Source: an uncultured Planctomycetota bacterium
GTDB lineage: Bacteria > Planctomycetota > Planctomycetia > Isosphaerales > Isosphaeraceae
Direction of reading: 5' to 3'
DNA length: 64,000 nucleotides
Assembly (NCBI GenBank): GCA_963737655.1
Contig: CAVTTN010000002.1
Coordinates: 6,240,001 to 6,304,000 of the forward strand
Positions 52,171-62,473 of the stretch are shown piece by piece (within the stretch, counting starts at the first letter, position 1; every line of letters begins with the position of its first letter). The position numbers were made by a program, and so were the translations under genes. A model generated the notes under the pieces. It ran no database searches. It worked only from the letters and a program-made list of their open reading frames with translations, and was not told where the DNA came from.

Positions 52171-53871
52171 TTGAAACCCGCTCCGCTCGTCTCCTCGCTC
52201 TTGCTGACCCTGGGCGCGGCCCTCGCCCTCGGCGACGACCCGATCCGCGACTTGCAGGACCGCTACGCCGCGACGAAAACCGAGAAGGTCGCGCGGGCCT
52301 ACCACTTCGGCTCCCAGGGGCCGGGCTCGACGTTCTCGAACCATACCAGCCACACCAACCGACTGATCCCGATCTACACCTTCGGGACGAAAGTCGACCT
52401 GGGCTCCGTGACCGGCGCGAACAGCGCCTATCGCGACGAAACGAAGCTCAAGGCGATGTACGGCACGCTCCCGCCCAACACGCTCAACCCCTCGGCCGAA
52501 TACTGCGACCAGAGCGACCTGTACCGGGTCCAGAGGGACGCCGTGAACAAGGGGGTCAAGCACCTCTTCATCGTCTGGTTCGACGGCATGGACTGGGACA
52601 CCACCCGCGCCGCCGCCGTGGCCCGGAGCGGCAAGGACTACGCCGAGGGCAAGGGCTCCGGCCTGGCGTTCCTGGACGAGACGGCCGGAGGTTCCGCCCG
52701 GTTCGGCTGGTACGTGACCAGCCCGACCCACGACAAGAACGACACCGACGTGGACCTTCAGACCGTCACGATCCCCAAATCCAGCCTGCTCGGCGGTTAT
52801 GACGCCCAGATCGCCGGCGCGACCCCCTGGAAGGGAGGCCCCCTCCCCGCCCCGGGCTACCTGAAGGGCCAGTCGGCCGACGCCAAGGACCGTGAAGGGG
52901 TGGCGAAGGTCGGCCGCGTCCTCCATGCCTACACCGACAGCGCCCCGAGCGCCGGCGAGTTCGCCACCGGGATCAAGTCGTACAACAACGGCATCAACGT
53001 CGGCGAGGACGGCCGGTTCCTGCCCACCGTGTTCAACACGCTCCAGCAGGAAGGCTGGAAGGTCGGGACGGCCACGAGCGTCCCGTTCGACCACGCCTCG
53101 CCCGCCGCCATGTATGCTCATAACGTCCACCGGGACGACTATCAGGACCTCGCCCGCGACATGCTCGGCCTGAAGTCGATCGCCCAGGAGACGGGCAAGG
53201 AGCCCGAGCACCCGGGGCTCGACGTCGTCCTCGGGGCCGGCTTCGCCACCGCCCCGCCCGACGCCCCCCTGAACAAGACCCAGGGCAAGAACGCCGCGTT
53301 GAATCAAAATACCTACATTTCCGACGCCGACCTCAAGGCCATCGACGCGAAGAACGGCGGCAAGTACGTCTCGGCGATCCGAACGCCCGGCTCGAACGGG
53401 CCGGACGCCCTCCGATCGGCCGCCGAGGAGGCCGCGAAGTCCGGCAAGCGCCTCTTCGGGATGTTCGGCGTGACCGGCGCCCACCTGCCCTACCAGACGG
53501 CCGACGGCGACTTCCGACCGGCTTTGGGAATCCGAGGGTCTCGCGAGGAATACCTCCCCGCCGACCTCGCCGAGAACCCCACCCTGGCCGACATGACCCG
53601 CGCGGCGCTCACGGTGCTTTCGGCGAAGCCGGAGCAGCCGTTTGCCCTGTTCGTCGAGGCCGGAGACGTCGATTTCGCCTTGCACGACAACAACCTCGAC
53701 AACGCGATCGGCGCCGTCTACAGCGGAGACGAGGCGGTCCGCGTGATCCTCCAATGGGTCGAAAAGAACAGCAACTGGGATGAAAGCGCCCTGATCGTCA
53801 CCGCCGACCACGGCCACTATCTCGTGATCGACGACATCCGCGCCCTGGCCGGCAAGGCCAGGGGGAAGTAG
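52171..53871 (+). CDS. Alkaline phosphatase (PhoA family), exported
   Basis: WFDGMD, TDSAPSA (catalytic Ser), HASPAAMYAH, VEAGDVDFALH, TADHGH. Confidence 0.92.
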   Translation: MKPAPLVSSLLLTLGAALALGDDPIRDLQDRYAATKTEKVARAYHFGSQGPGSTFSNHTSHTNRLIPIYTFGTKVDLGSVTGANSAYRDETKLKAMYGTLPPNTLNPSAEYCDQSDLYRVQRDAVNKGVKHLFIVWFDGMDWDTTRAAAVARSGKDYAEGKGSGLAFLDETAGGSARFGWYVTSPTHDKNDTDVDLQTVTIPKSSLLGGYDAQIAGATPWKGGPLPAPGYLKGQSADAKDREGVAKVGRVLHAYTDSAPSAGEFATGIKSYNNGINVGEDGRFLPTVFNTLQQEGWKVGTATSVPFDHASPAAMYAHNVHRDDYQDLARDMLGLKSIAQETGKEPEHPGLDVVLGAGFATAPPDAPLNKTQGKNAALNQNTYISDADLKAIDAKNGGKYVSAIRTPGSNGPDALRSAAEEAAKSGKRLFGMFGVTGAHLPYQTADGDFRPALGIRGSREEYLPADLAENPTLADMTRAALTVLSAKPEQPFALFVEAGDVDFALHDNNLDNAIGAVYSGDEAVRVILQWVEKNSNWDESALIVTADHGHYLVIDDIRALAGKARGK

Positions 53872-53925
53872 GTCGAACGTCGCGGCGAGACGAGGTTTCC
53901 AGCCCGAGGACGTTCGCCGATCCTC

Positions 53926-53982
53926 GTAGGGCAGGCCTCGGCCTGCCTTTTGGGAGGATCGGCAGGCCGGGGCCTGCCCTAC
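53926..53982. repeat. REPIN-like doublet, copy 2
   Basis: GTAGGGCAGGCCTCGGCCTGCC-N13-GGCAGGCCGGGGCCTGCCCTAC. Confidence 0.9.
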
Positions 53983-54019
53983 GAAGACGCGACCCGACGG
54001 GCCGCGGCCCCCCTCGGCC

Positions 54020-54451
54020 TCAAAGGTCGTCGTCCGGGCGGGTCGGTTGGGCAACCCGTCTGAGTTCTTTCCAACCCGCGTCCAGGATCTTCATGAGAAA
54101 ACAGAAGACGATACCGAACGCCAGGCCAGAGGATGTCCCAGCGATCGCCAGAAACGAGAGGGCGAGCACCGGGCCAAGGTAATCGACCACGTTCGGCCCC
54201 CTGGGCATCAAAGAATAGCGCGCGTATATGATGATTCCAAAACCCTCATAAGAAATGAAGCCTCCGACGATCCCCCCGAGAATCCCCGAGCCTCCCCGCC
54301 ATCGATGGAGGCCGGCGCCGCAGAAGGGACCGATGAAGACCAGGACGAACCAGCCCCAACCCGAATCGGACCGGGCCGCGGCGAACGTCACCCCGCACAC
54401 GGCAATCCACATCATCAGAAAACGAATGGATTGCTGTCTTTTGTGGCTCAT
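54020..54451 (-). CDS. Small 4-TM hypothetical membrane protein, lower GC than its neighbours
   Basis: QQSIRFLMMWIAV N-terminus, of a type common in planctomycetes; four hydrophobic segments. Confidence 0.6.
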   Translation of the reverse strand: MSHKRQQSIRFLMMWIAVCGVTFAAARSDSGWGWFVLVFIGPFCGAGLHRWRGGSGILGGIVGGFISYEGFGIIIYARYSLMPRGPNVVDYLGPVLALSFLAIAGTSSGLAFGIVFCFLMKILDAGWKELRRVAQPTRPDDDL

Positions 54452-54478
54452 GATTCCGGATTGGTGTTTGCTCAACGA

Positions 54479-54507
54479 CTCGTTCCCACGCTCGGCGTGG
54501 GAACGAG
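54479..54507. repeat. REP-like palindrome
   Basis: CTCGTTCCCACGC-tcg-GCGTGGGAACGAG, perfect 13-bp stem. Confidence 0.75.
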
Positions 54508-54553
54508 GGAGATCCGACGTCACCACCAATCCGGACTCATGAGCCTCTTTTGT

Positions 54554-55336
54554 TCATCGAGGCGCCTCGCGGATCAGCCCCTCGGCCCACTCGCGGTCCT
54601 CGGGCCGGAGCGGGGGGCGGCAGGGTTCTCCGTAGCGGAGGCGGTCCCGGTAGCCGCTTCGCTCATAAGTCATCGCGAGGACGGCCTGAATGTCCAAAAG
54701 GGCGTCGGGGTCGCCTTCGGCCAGGGGGATTCGGACCCTTGGGAGCCTCTGGCGGACCGTCCGGGGGTAGAGGCCGAAGCGGGAACGGTCCCCTTCGGCC
54801 CGGTTCACGCAGATCAGAGAATCTTAATCTCCCTGGGACCGCGCCGCCCATTCCGCGACGGCCAGCACGTGAGGGCCGCCTCGGAGCAGGTCGATTTCGA
54901 TCCGGTGGGAATCGCTGGCCAGCACTTCCCGTTGCTTCCGAAGGTAAGAGGCGCGACCCGGCCCCGCATATTTGTTCGTCGGGCTGACCAGTTCGATCGT
55001 CGCCACGACCCGATCGCCCGAATTCCGATCGATGAGGACCACATACGTCTCGCGGACCTCGACCGGAGGCACCTCGACCTCGACATACGCATCGTCCTCG
55101 ACCACGGCGACCGAGGACGCGAGGCGTTCGGGACGATTGCGGAGGATGACGACGTCGGGGATGACCTCGCGATCCGGCCCCTCGACGTACACCCTCTGCT
55201 CGACGTCCGCGATGGAGCGGGGGCCGACCAGGGGCCTCAAGACCTCGGCGAGATACACGATGAACCGCGCATGGACGCCCGGCCAGATCGCCGGGTCTTC
55301 CAGGTACGGGTCCATCCCGGGGAAGATCGGGGTCAT
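54554..55336 (-). pseudogene. DUF4058 family protein with an in-frame TAA at 54824-54826
   Basis: FPGMDPYLE..W..H, IELVSPTNK, EIDLLRGG; reads GD*DSLICVNR and continues in the same frame (LPRVRIPL). Confidence 0.85.
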
Positions 55337-55359
55337 CGAGTCGGCCCTCCGTCTCGATC

Positions 55360-56715
55360 TCAGTCGACCCGATCCGGCGACGGGCAATAGGTGAGGCCCC
55401 CTCGGGGGAAGATCCGGGCCGTCGGGCTCGGGACGTTCGCGAGGGCCTCGCGAGCGGCCTTCCAGAGTTCGTCCTGGTCGTCGAACAGCCGGATCGGGCC
55501 GAGACGAGGGCCGAGCCGCTCTCGGAGCGGCGGGGCGAACACCATCACCGTGCGATCGACGACCAGCTCGCGGGCCCAGCGGATCAGGAACTGGCTGGGC
55601 GAGCCCACCGCCGCCGAGGCCCAGTCCGCCGCCGCGAGCCCCCTCCGGGCGATCCATCCTCCCAGGGGCCCGGTCGCCGCGATCGCCTTCAGCGGCCCGA
55701 GCGGGAACGTCCGGTCGATCTCCTCGGGAACCGTCCAGAAAAACCCGATCAGGAGGCCGCCGGGCTTCGCCGCCGATCGGTGGTTGATCAGCACCTTGAA
55801 GCTCATCATCGGGTCGCCCGGCCAGGGGTCGTTGCCGGCGATCACCACGTCGGCCTCGGGCGCCTCGGGCACGCGGAACCGGCGGGCCGCGTCGGCCGAA
55901 AGCGCGTCCTGGACCGCGTCCACGTCGCCCGAGAGCACGCGAAACACCTGCCCCGGCTCGCCGATCAGGTGGCTGATCAACGCGCACCGGCCGGGCAACA
56001 GCCTCGCCGCCGAGCGGATCGCCGCCCGCATCGGGTTGGACCCCGGATCGCCGCCGAGGAGCCGGCTCGCGTCGCCGCCGAGGCCCTGACGATGGAGCGC
56101 ACCGAGGGTCGTCCGGTGGCTCGTCCCCGGGAAGATCAGCTTGTAGCCGCCCCCGAAACCGGCCTGGAGATGCGGCAGGACCGAGCCGATCAGGATCCGC
56201 ACGTCGGCCTCGGCCACCGGCCGGAACACGCGGACCGGCACCCCTTCGGCGGTCGTCCCGAGGTCATCGTATTGCGAGAGGTCATCGACCGGAGGGCTGA
56301 AGCATCGGTAGCGAGCGACGATCGCCTCGCCCACCCGGGCCCTCATCGCCGGGTCGTCCACGGCATGATGCCGGCCCACGCCGACGCTGATCGTCACGAA
56401 ATCTTCGGGGACTCCGGCCCCGTGAATCCGGGCCAGGACGACGGGCAAGGCGTCGCGGACCGGGGTCCACCGCGACGGGTCATCGACGACGATCGCGACC
56501 CGGGAGTCGGGGCCCAGGCCCGCCTCGATCCGAGGGCCGGACTCGGGCCGATCGAGCGCCGAGGCCAGCGCGGCGGGGTAGTCGTCCAGGGGGCCGGAGA
56601 GGTCGGGCCCGGCGATTTGCAGGACGTTCCAGTCCGAGGGGACGTCCAGGGGGATCGACCCGGATCGGCCCCAGGGGAGCTGGAGCGTCGGCGGGGCCGG
56701 GGCGGTCGAGGACAT
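55360..56715 (-). CDS. Lactate-racemase-domain (LarA-like) nickel-pincer protein
   Basis: VVDDPSRWTP, GVGRH, PHLQAGFGGGYKLIFPG, ALH. Confidence 0.85.
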   Translation of the reverse strand: MSSTAPAPPTLQLPWGRSGSIPLDVPSDWNVLQIAGPDLSGPLDDYPAALASALDRPESGPRIEAGLGPDSRVAIVVDDPSRWTPVRDALPVVLARIHGAGVPEDFVTISVGVGRHHAVDDPAMRARVGEAIVARYRCFSPPVDDLSQYDDLGTTAEGVPVRVFRPVAEADVRILIGSVLPHLQAGFGGGYKLIFPGTSHRTTLGALHRQGLGGDASRLLGGDPGSNPMRAAIRSAARLLPGRCALISHLIGEPGQVFRVLSGDVDAVQDALSADAARRFRVPEAPEADVVIAGNDPWPGDPMMSFKVLINHRSAAKPGGLLIGFFWTVPEEIDRTFPLGPLKAIAATGPLGGWIARRGLAAADWASAAVGSPSQFLIRWARELVVDRTVMVFAPPLRERLGPRLGPIRLFDDQDELWKAAREALANVPSPTARIFPRGGLTYCPSPDRVD

Positions 56716-56918
56716 CGGCGGGCGGCTCCTTCCCTGGGGATCACGACGAGACGCCAGGCTAATCCATGACGCCTCGATCGCCAAGGCGGTCGGCTCGGCC
56801 GATCGCCCAACGCCTTGCATCCCGCGTGCCGAGCATGGTATTCCGGAGCCGGGGCCGTCGGGCGTCGCCCGGGGCGGGCGGCCTTCGGGAGCGGCCGGTC
56901 GGCGAGGGTCGGGCCACG

Positions 56919-57653
56919 ATGACGTATTGCCTCGGGATCACCACCAGGGATGGGTTCGTCGTCGCTTCGGACTCCCGGTCCAATGCCGGCTATGATCAGG
57001 TGAACGTCTGCCGAAAAATGCACACGTTCGCCATCCCCGGCGAGCGCGCCTTCGTGGCGCTCACCAGCGGCAGCCTCTCGTGCAGCCAGTCGATCGTGAC
57101 CCTGCTCCGCCGCGACTTCGACGACGGCCGGGGCCTGGCGACGGCCGAGACCATGTACGACGCCGCCCGCGTCGTCGGCGACCAGGTCCGACGCGTGGCC
57201 GAGATCGACCGCAAGGCCCTGGAGCAGTCCGACTACAAGTTCAACGTCCACATCGTCCTCGCCGGCCAGATCCGCGGCCAGCCCCACGACCTGTATTTGA
57301 TCTATCCCCAGGGCAACCCGCTCCAGGCCACCGAGGATTCCCCCTATCTGCAAATCGGCGAATGCAAATATGGGAGGCCCATCCTCGATCGCGGGGTCCG
57401 CTACGACCGCACGAGCCTGGAAGACGCCGCGCAATACGCGCTGATCTCGCTCGACTCCACCATGCGCTCCAACGTCACCGTCGGCCCGCCGATCGACCTG
57501 CTCGTCTATGCGAGGGACGATCTCGCCCTGAACCGCCACCGCCGGTTCCCCGACCGCGACCCGGACCTCCTGGCCATCCACACCTTGTGGGAGCAATCGC
57601 TCCGCCAGGCGGTCCAGTCGCTGCCGCCGGTCCGGTTCGACCTGGGGGCGTGA
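56919..57653 (+). CDS. Anbu proteasome-type protease
   Basis: MTYCLGI (N-terminal Thr), SDSRSNAG, LIYPQGN, QIGECKYGRPILDR, STMRSNVTVGPPIDL. Confidence 0.93.
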   Translation: MTYCLGITTRDGFVVASDSRSNAGYDQVNVCRKMHTFAIPGERAFVALTSGSLSCSQSIVTLLRRDFDDGRGLATAETMYDAARVVGDQVRRVAEIDRKALEQSDYKFNVHIVLAGQIRGQPHDLYLIYPQGNPLQATEDSPYLQIGECKYGRPILDRGVRYDRTSLEDAAQYALISLDSTMRSNVTVGPPIDLLVYARDDLALNRHRRFPDRDPDLLAIHTLWEQSLRQAVQSLPPVRFDLGA

Positions 57654-57667
57654 GAACGGAAGGGACC

Positions 57668-57733
57668 ATCCGCCGAGGGACGCGGATCAGAATCCATCGC
57701 CTTTATCGGCGTCCCTCGGCGTCCTCGGCGGAT
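57668..57733. repeat. Imperfect hairpin of CGCCGAGG(G)ACGC units between convergent genes
   Basis: ATCCGCCGAGGGACGC ... GCGTCCCTCGGCGTCCTCGGCGGAT; related to the arms of 8534..8617. Confidence 0.55.
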
Positions 57734-58512
57734 CGATGTCCCGAGACGCTGGAGAACCGGGCCGAGCCGGCCTCGAAGACGATCAGCTCGCCCCTCTGGA
57801 ACCGTCGCCACGGGCCGTCGTCGAGCGGCCTGGTGGCCACGACCGCGCCGGGGACCGGGCCCGGGGCGTCGAGCTCGACGGCCCATTCGTCGTCGCCGAG
57901 ATGCCCCGAGCCGGAAAGCCCGCCGAACGCCAGCCCCTTCCAGCCGCCGAGGTCATGATAGGCGAACACGCGGCGGCCGTCGGTCATGAGGACGTTGAGC
58001 TTCCCCAGGGCGTTCAGGGCCGAGAGCCGATCGCGGAGCCATCGCCAGGAATCCGGGTCGTCGAGGTGCCCGCCCCGCCCGTCCATCTCGTGGAGGAGCC
58101 GGCAGAAGGCGCGTTCGGAATCGGTCTCGCCCAGGGGGACGTGAGGGCCCGTGGGGAGCTCCCAGAGCGCGGCGTCGAGCGTCCCATTATGCGCGAAGAC
58201 ATAATCACGGCCCGCTCTCGGGCGGAGGAACGGGTGGGTGTCGGCGAACGTCGGCCGATCGGCGCCGGCCGTCTTGTGCCGGACGTGGGCGACGTACAGC
58301 GACGACCTCACCGGCGGGTAGCCTTCGAGGAACCGGGCCAGCCGGCTCGATCCCCACTCCACCGGCTCCTTCACCAGGGCGGCGGCGGGGCCCTCGGGAT
58401 ACCACGCCAGGCCCCAGCCGTCGGCGTTCTCCGCCCCTCGGCCGGAGAACGCCCGGATCGAGATCGACGCCGACAGCGGCCTCGCGAACGACAGGGCCAT
58501 CAACTCGCACAT
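57703..58512 (-). CDS. Class II glutamine amidotransferase (YafJ/EgtC-like)
   Basis: MCELM (N-terminal Cys), DGWGLAWY, AHVRH, THPF, FAHNGTL, GETDSE. Confidence 0.92.
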   Translation of the reverse strand: MCELMALSFARPLSASISIRAFSGRGAENADGWGLAWYPEGPAAALVKEPVEWGSSRLARFLEGYPPVRSSLYVAHVRHKTAGADRPTFADTHPFLRPRAGRDYVFAHNGTLDAALWELPTGPHVPLGETDSERAFCRLLHEMDGRGGHLDDPDSWRWLRDRLSALNALGKLNVLMTDGRRVFAYHDLGGWKGLAFGGLSGSGHLGDDEWAVELDAPGPVPGAVVATRPLDDGPWRRFQRGELIVFEAGSARFSSVSGHRSAEDAEGRR

Positions 58513-59370
58513 CGGGGCGTCTGCGCCTCCCTGAAGCCTTCTGCTCCCCGTCGATTCTAGCCGAATGCGCCGCCGATGTCGCCCCGAGCCGCGATTTCGG
58601 GCGTCTACCCTCGGCTCGCACGGGTCGAAGGCGAACGATCGGGAGGAATGGGCGGGCTGCGTCGATCCTGACGTTGGAATCACAGAACTGGTCTCATGAA
58701 CAAGAAAGCGGCCAACGCGGCGAATCGCGCCGGCCCGACTTCCGTCGTCCCCGCGCTCGCCGGGAGTCCTCGCCACGTCATGATAATTGCTAATATTTAC
58801 ACCAATTCAAGTCATAGAAAAACAAGGTATTCACAATAAGCAATCGCCGGGAAGTTGACTACACATTTCGCCCGAAAATCGCGAAAAGGGCGGAAATCAG
58901 GCTGTTCCCCGCGCAACGAGGTGTGCGCGAGCAAGGTTTCTCACGTCGGAATTCTTGATTTTCAAAATCGCAAATCCTGTGGATTTCAAGGGATGCAGCG
59001 AATCGATTTTCGGCCCGATCGGCCCGGATCGCGCCATTTGCGCGCGCCTCCCGCCGGGCCGCGTTTCATTCGCGGATTCATAATCGAATGACTGCAGACG
59101 TGATGAATCGAATCATGCAGGAGGCGCGGCCCACGGATTCGGTGATCGCCGGAGGGGCTCGCTCGCGATGATCCGAGGGTCGGGTCCTGCGTCGTGGACC
59201 CCTCGCGATCCCGGGCCCGGTTTCTCCGCACCTTCGGGATCGCGAGCAAGACCCCAAGATTTTCGCCAATCCCCCCTGGCTTCCGCCTCGGATCGGGTGT
59301 AGTTTAACAACAGTTGAAGAAGCCGCCCGCGCCGAGGGGCGGACCGGCCGATCGGTCCGGAGGGGCCGCG

Positions 59371-60971
59371 ATGCGCATTCCGACGGGGGTGATTCTCGGG
59401 GTCGTGATGATCGGCGGGATCGGCTCGGCCCGGGCCGACGATCTCCTCCCGCCGGACCGGCCGATCGAGGAGGTCGTCGATTCCTACGTCGGGGCGAAGC
59501 TCGCCCGCGAAGGGGTCGGGCCCGCGCCCGAGGCCGACGACGCCACGATCGTCCGGCGATTGACGCTGGACCTCGTCGGCCGGATCCCAACGGCCGAGGA
59601 AGCCAGGCTTTACGTCGAGTGCTCGGCCCCGGACAAGAAGGCCAAGCTCGTCGATCGCCTGATGGCCTCGCCCGGGTTCGTCCGCCACGGCGCCGACTGG
59701 TTCGACGCCATGCTGATGGCCGGGACCCGCGGCGATCTCCGCGATTACCTGACCAGGGCGTTCGGCGAGAACCGCTCCTGGGACCGCGTGTTCCGCGAAA
59801 TCCTCGCCGCCGACGAGGCCGACGCCTCGAACAAAGGCTCCTCCGGCTTCCTCAAGGCCCGGGCCAAGGACACGGACCGCCTGACCAGCGACGTCAGCTC
59901 GGTCTTCTTCGGCGTGAACGTGAGTTGCGCCAAGTGCCACGACCATCCCAAGGTCCAGGACTGGAAGCAGGACCACTATTACGGGATGAAGTCGTTCCTC
60001 GATCGCACGGTGGAGGTCGGCGGGTTCGTCGGCGAGCGCGAGTTCGGCTCCGTGAAGTTCAAGACGACCGAGGGCGAGGAAAGGCACGCGAAATTCATGT
60101 TCCTGACGGGCAAGGTCGTCGAGGTGCCCGGCGTCCAGGAGCCCTCAAAAGACGAGAAGGCGGCCGAAAAGAAGAGGCTCGACGAGTCGAAGAAGCGGAA
60201 AGAGGCCCCCGAGCCGCCGAAGTTCAGCGCCCGGGGCAAGCTCGCCGAGATCGCCCTCGAACCCGGCGAGCGCGACTTCTTCGCCCGGTCGATCGCCAAC
60301 CGCCTGTGGCATCGGTTCTTCGGCCAGGGGCTGGTCAGCCCCCTGGACCAGATGCATTCGGAGAACCCGCCCAGCCACCCCGAGCTGCTCCAGTGGCTGG
60401 CCCGCGACACGATCGACCACGGCTATGACCTCAGGCGGCTGACTCGCGGCCTGGTCCTCAGCCGGGCCTATTCGCGGACGAGCCGATGGGAGTCGGCCGA
60501 GCCGCCGTCGCCGAAATGGTTCGCGGTCGGGGCCGTCCGGCCGCTCTCGCCGATGCAACTGGCCCTGTCCATGTGGGTTGCGACCACCGACCCCGCCTCC
60601 CTGGCCGACGACGCCGACCGCAAGATCGAAGGGCTCGCCGGCCGGGCCGAGGGCTCGCCTCCGCCATCGCCCGGCCCGGCGAGGACTATCAGATCGGCGC
60701 CGCCGAGGCCCTGTTGATGAGCAACAGCGACCGTCTGAACGAGCTTCTCTCCGAGGGCGGAGACCGGCTCGTCGGCCGCCTGGCGAAGCTTCCCGACCCG
60801 GCCGAACGGGTCAACCTGGCGGTTCAGGCCATCCTCTCGCGACCGCCCGACGACGAGGAGGCGATCGCCCTCCGCGAGTTCCTCACCAACGACAACGGCA
60901 AGCCGGCCGATCGTTGCCGACAGCTCGTGTGGGCCTTGCTCACCAGCGCGGAATTCCGGTTCAATTATTGA
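59371..60971 (+). CDS. DUF1549/DUF1553 planctomycete cytochrome-like protein, frameshift near 60652
   Basis: RRLTLDLVGRIPT, CAKCHDHP, ANRLW..FGQGL, PSHPELLQWLA, WALLTSAEFRFNY. Confidence 0.92.
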
Positions 60972-61001
60972 GCAAACGATCACGATCTGGGGGACATTCC
61001 C

Positions 61002-61061
61002 GTAGGGCAGGCCTTGGCCTGCCGACCCTCGCCGGACTCGGCAGGCCAAGGCCTGCCCTAC
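61002..61061. repeat. REPIN-like doublet, copy 3
   Basis: GTAGGGCAGGCCTTGGCCTGCC-N16-GGCAGGCCAAGGCCTGCCCTAC. Confidence 0.9.
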
Positions 61062-61117
61062 GATCCTCAGCAGCGCGGAATCCCGATTCAATTCTTGAGA
61101 TCACGGGGGCCATCCCG

Positions 61118-62435
61118 ATGTCGAACGCACGTCGCCCAGCCTTCTGCGGATCGCCCGAGCATTCCCTGGGTCGTCGGGGGTTCCTCGGGACGATCGCCGC
61201 GGGGGCCGCGGCCCTGGCGGCCGACATGACGCTCCTGGACGTCCTCAAGACCCCCGCCCTGGCCGACGCCCTCAAGAAACAGCAGAAACGGGTGATCCTG
61301 CTCTGGCTGGCCGGCGGGGCGAGCCAGCTCGAAACCTTCGACCCCAAGCCGGGGACGCCCACCGGCGGGCCGTTCCGCGCCATCCCGACGTCCGTCCCGG
61401 GCGTCCACATCTCCGAACTCATGCCCAAGATGGCGCAGAGGATGGAGAATACCTGCATCATCCGATCCCTGAACACGAAGAACGGCGACCACGGCGGGGG
61501 CGCCCGTTTGATGATGCGAGGCCGGATGGACGACCCGAGCCTCCGCTATCCCGACCTCGGCGCCGTCCTGGCCCGGGAGCTCGGCCAGGCCCATAGCGCG
61601 GTGCCCGACTATGTTTCGTTCTACTCGTCCACCGAAGGGCGCGACTTCGGCCCCGGGGCCGCCGGGTTCCTCGGCTCCCGGTTCGCGCCGATGGAATTGA
61701 CCACCGGCAACATGCCCGAGAACATCCGCAAGCCCACCGCCCTCTCCGAGTCGGACCATTTTCAGAGGGCCGAGCTCCGCGAGATGATCGAGCGCCCGGT
61801 TCGCCCGAGGGCGCGTGATCTCCTCCGACCTCGGCGCCCACAACGAAGCCTATCAGCGAGTCCGCGGCCTGATGGCCAGCGACAAGCTGTTCGACATCGA
61901 GCAGGAGCCGCAGCGAATCCGCGACGAGTACGGCCCGACCCAGTTCGGCCAGCAAGCCCTGATCGCCCGGAGGCTGGTCGAGGCGGGCGTGCCGTTCGTC
62001 CGCGTCGGCCGGGCCTGGTGGGACAGCCACGGCCAGAACTTCGAGACCCATCAAGAAATGGTCCCCGAGCTCGACCACGTGATGGCCACGCTCCTGGACG
62101 ACCTCGGCCGTCGCGGGATGCTCGAAAACACGCTGGTGATCACCCTGGCCGAGTTCGGCCGGACCCCCCAGATCAACCCGAGCCTGGGGCGAGACCACTT
62201 CGCCTCCGCCTGGAGCGCCACGCTCAGCGGCTGCGGGGTCAAGGGCGGATCGGTCTGGGGCAAGACCGACGCCAAGGGCCAGGCCGTGAGCGACGGCGAG
62301 GTCGGCGCCGCCGAGCTGTTCGCCACGATCTTCCAGGCCCTGGGGATCGACCACCAGAAGAACTACAAGGTCGGCTCCCGGCCCGTCCCGCTGACCGAGC
62401 CCGGGACCGAGCCGATCCGGGACGTCCTGGCCTGA
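61118..62435 (+). CDS. DUF1501 protein (Tat-exported), frameshift near 61790
   Basis: RRGFL, LWLAGGASQLETFDPKP, ARRLVEAGV, WDSH, EFGRTP, GRDHF. Confidence 0.93.
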
Positions 62436-62473
62436 ACCCGTCTCGCGAACCGATCGCCGGAGGCCCCGCCATC

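Noticed and set aside
51874..61061. Repeat-spacer-repeat units as a possible CRISPR array
   Set aside because: The repeats are inverted and dispersed with 13-16 nt spacers, and no cas genes are present.
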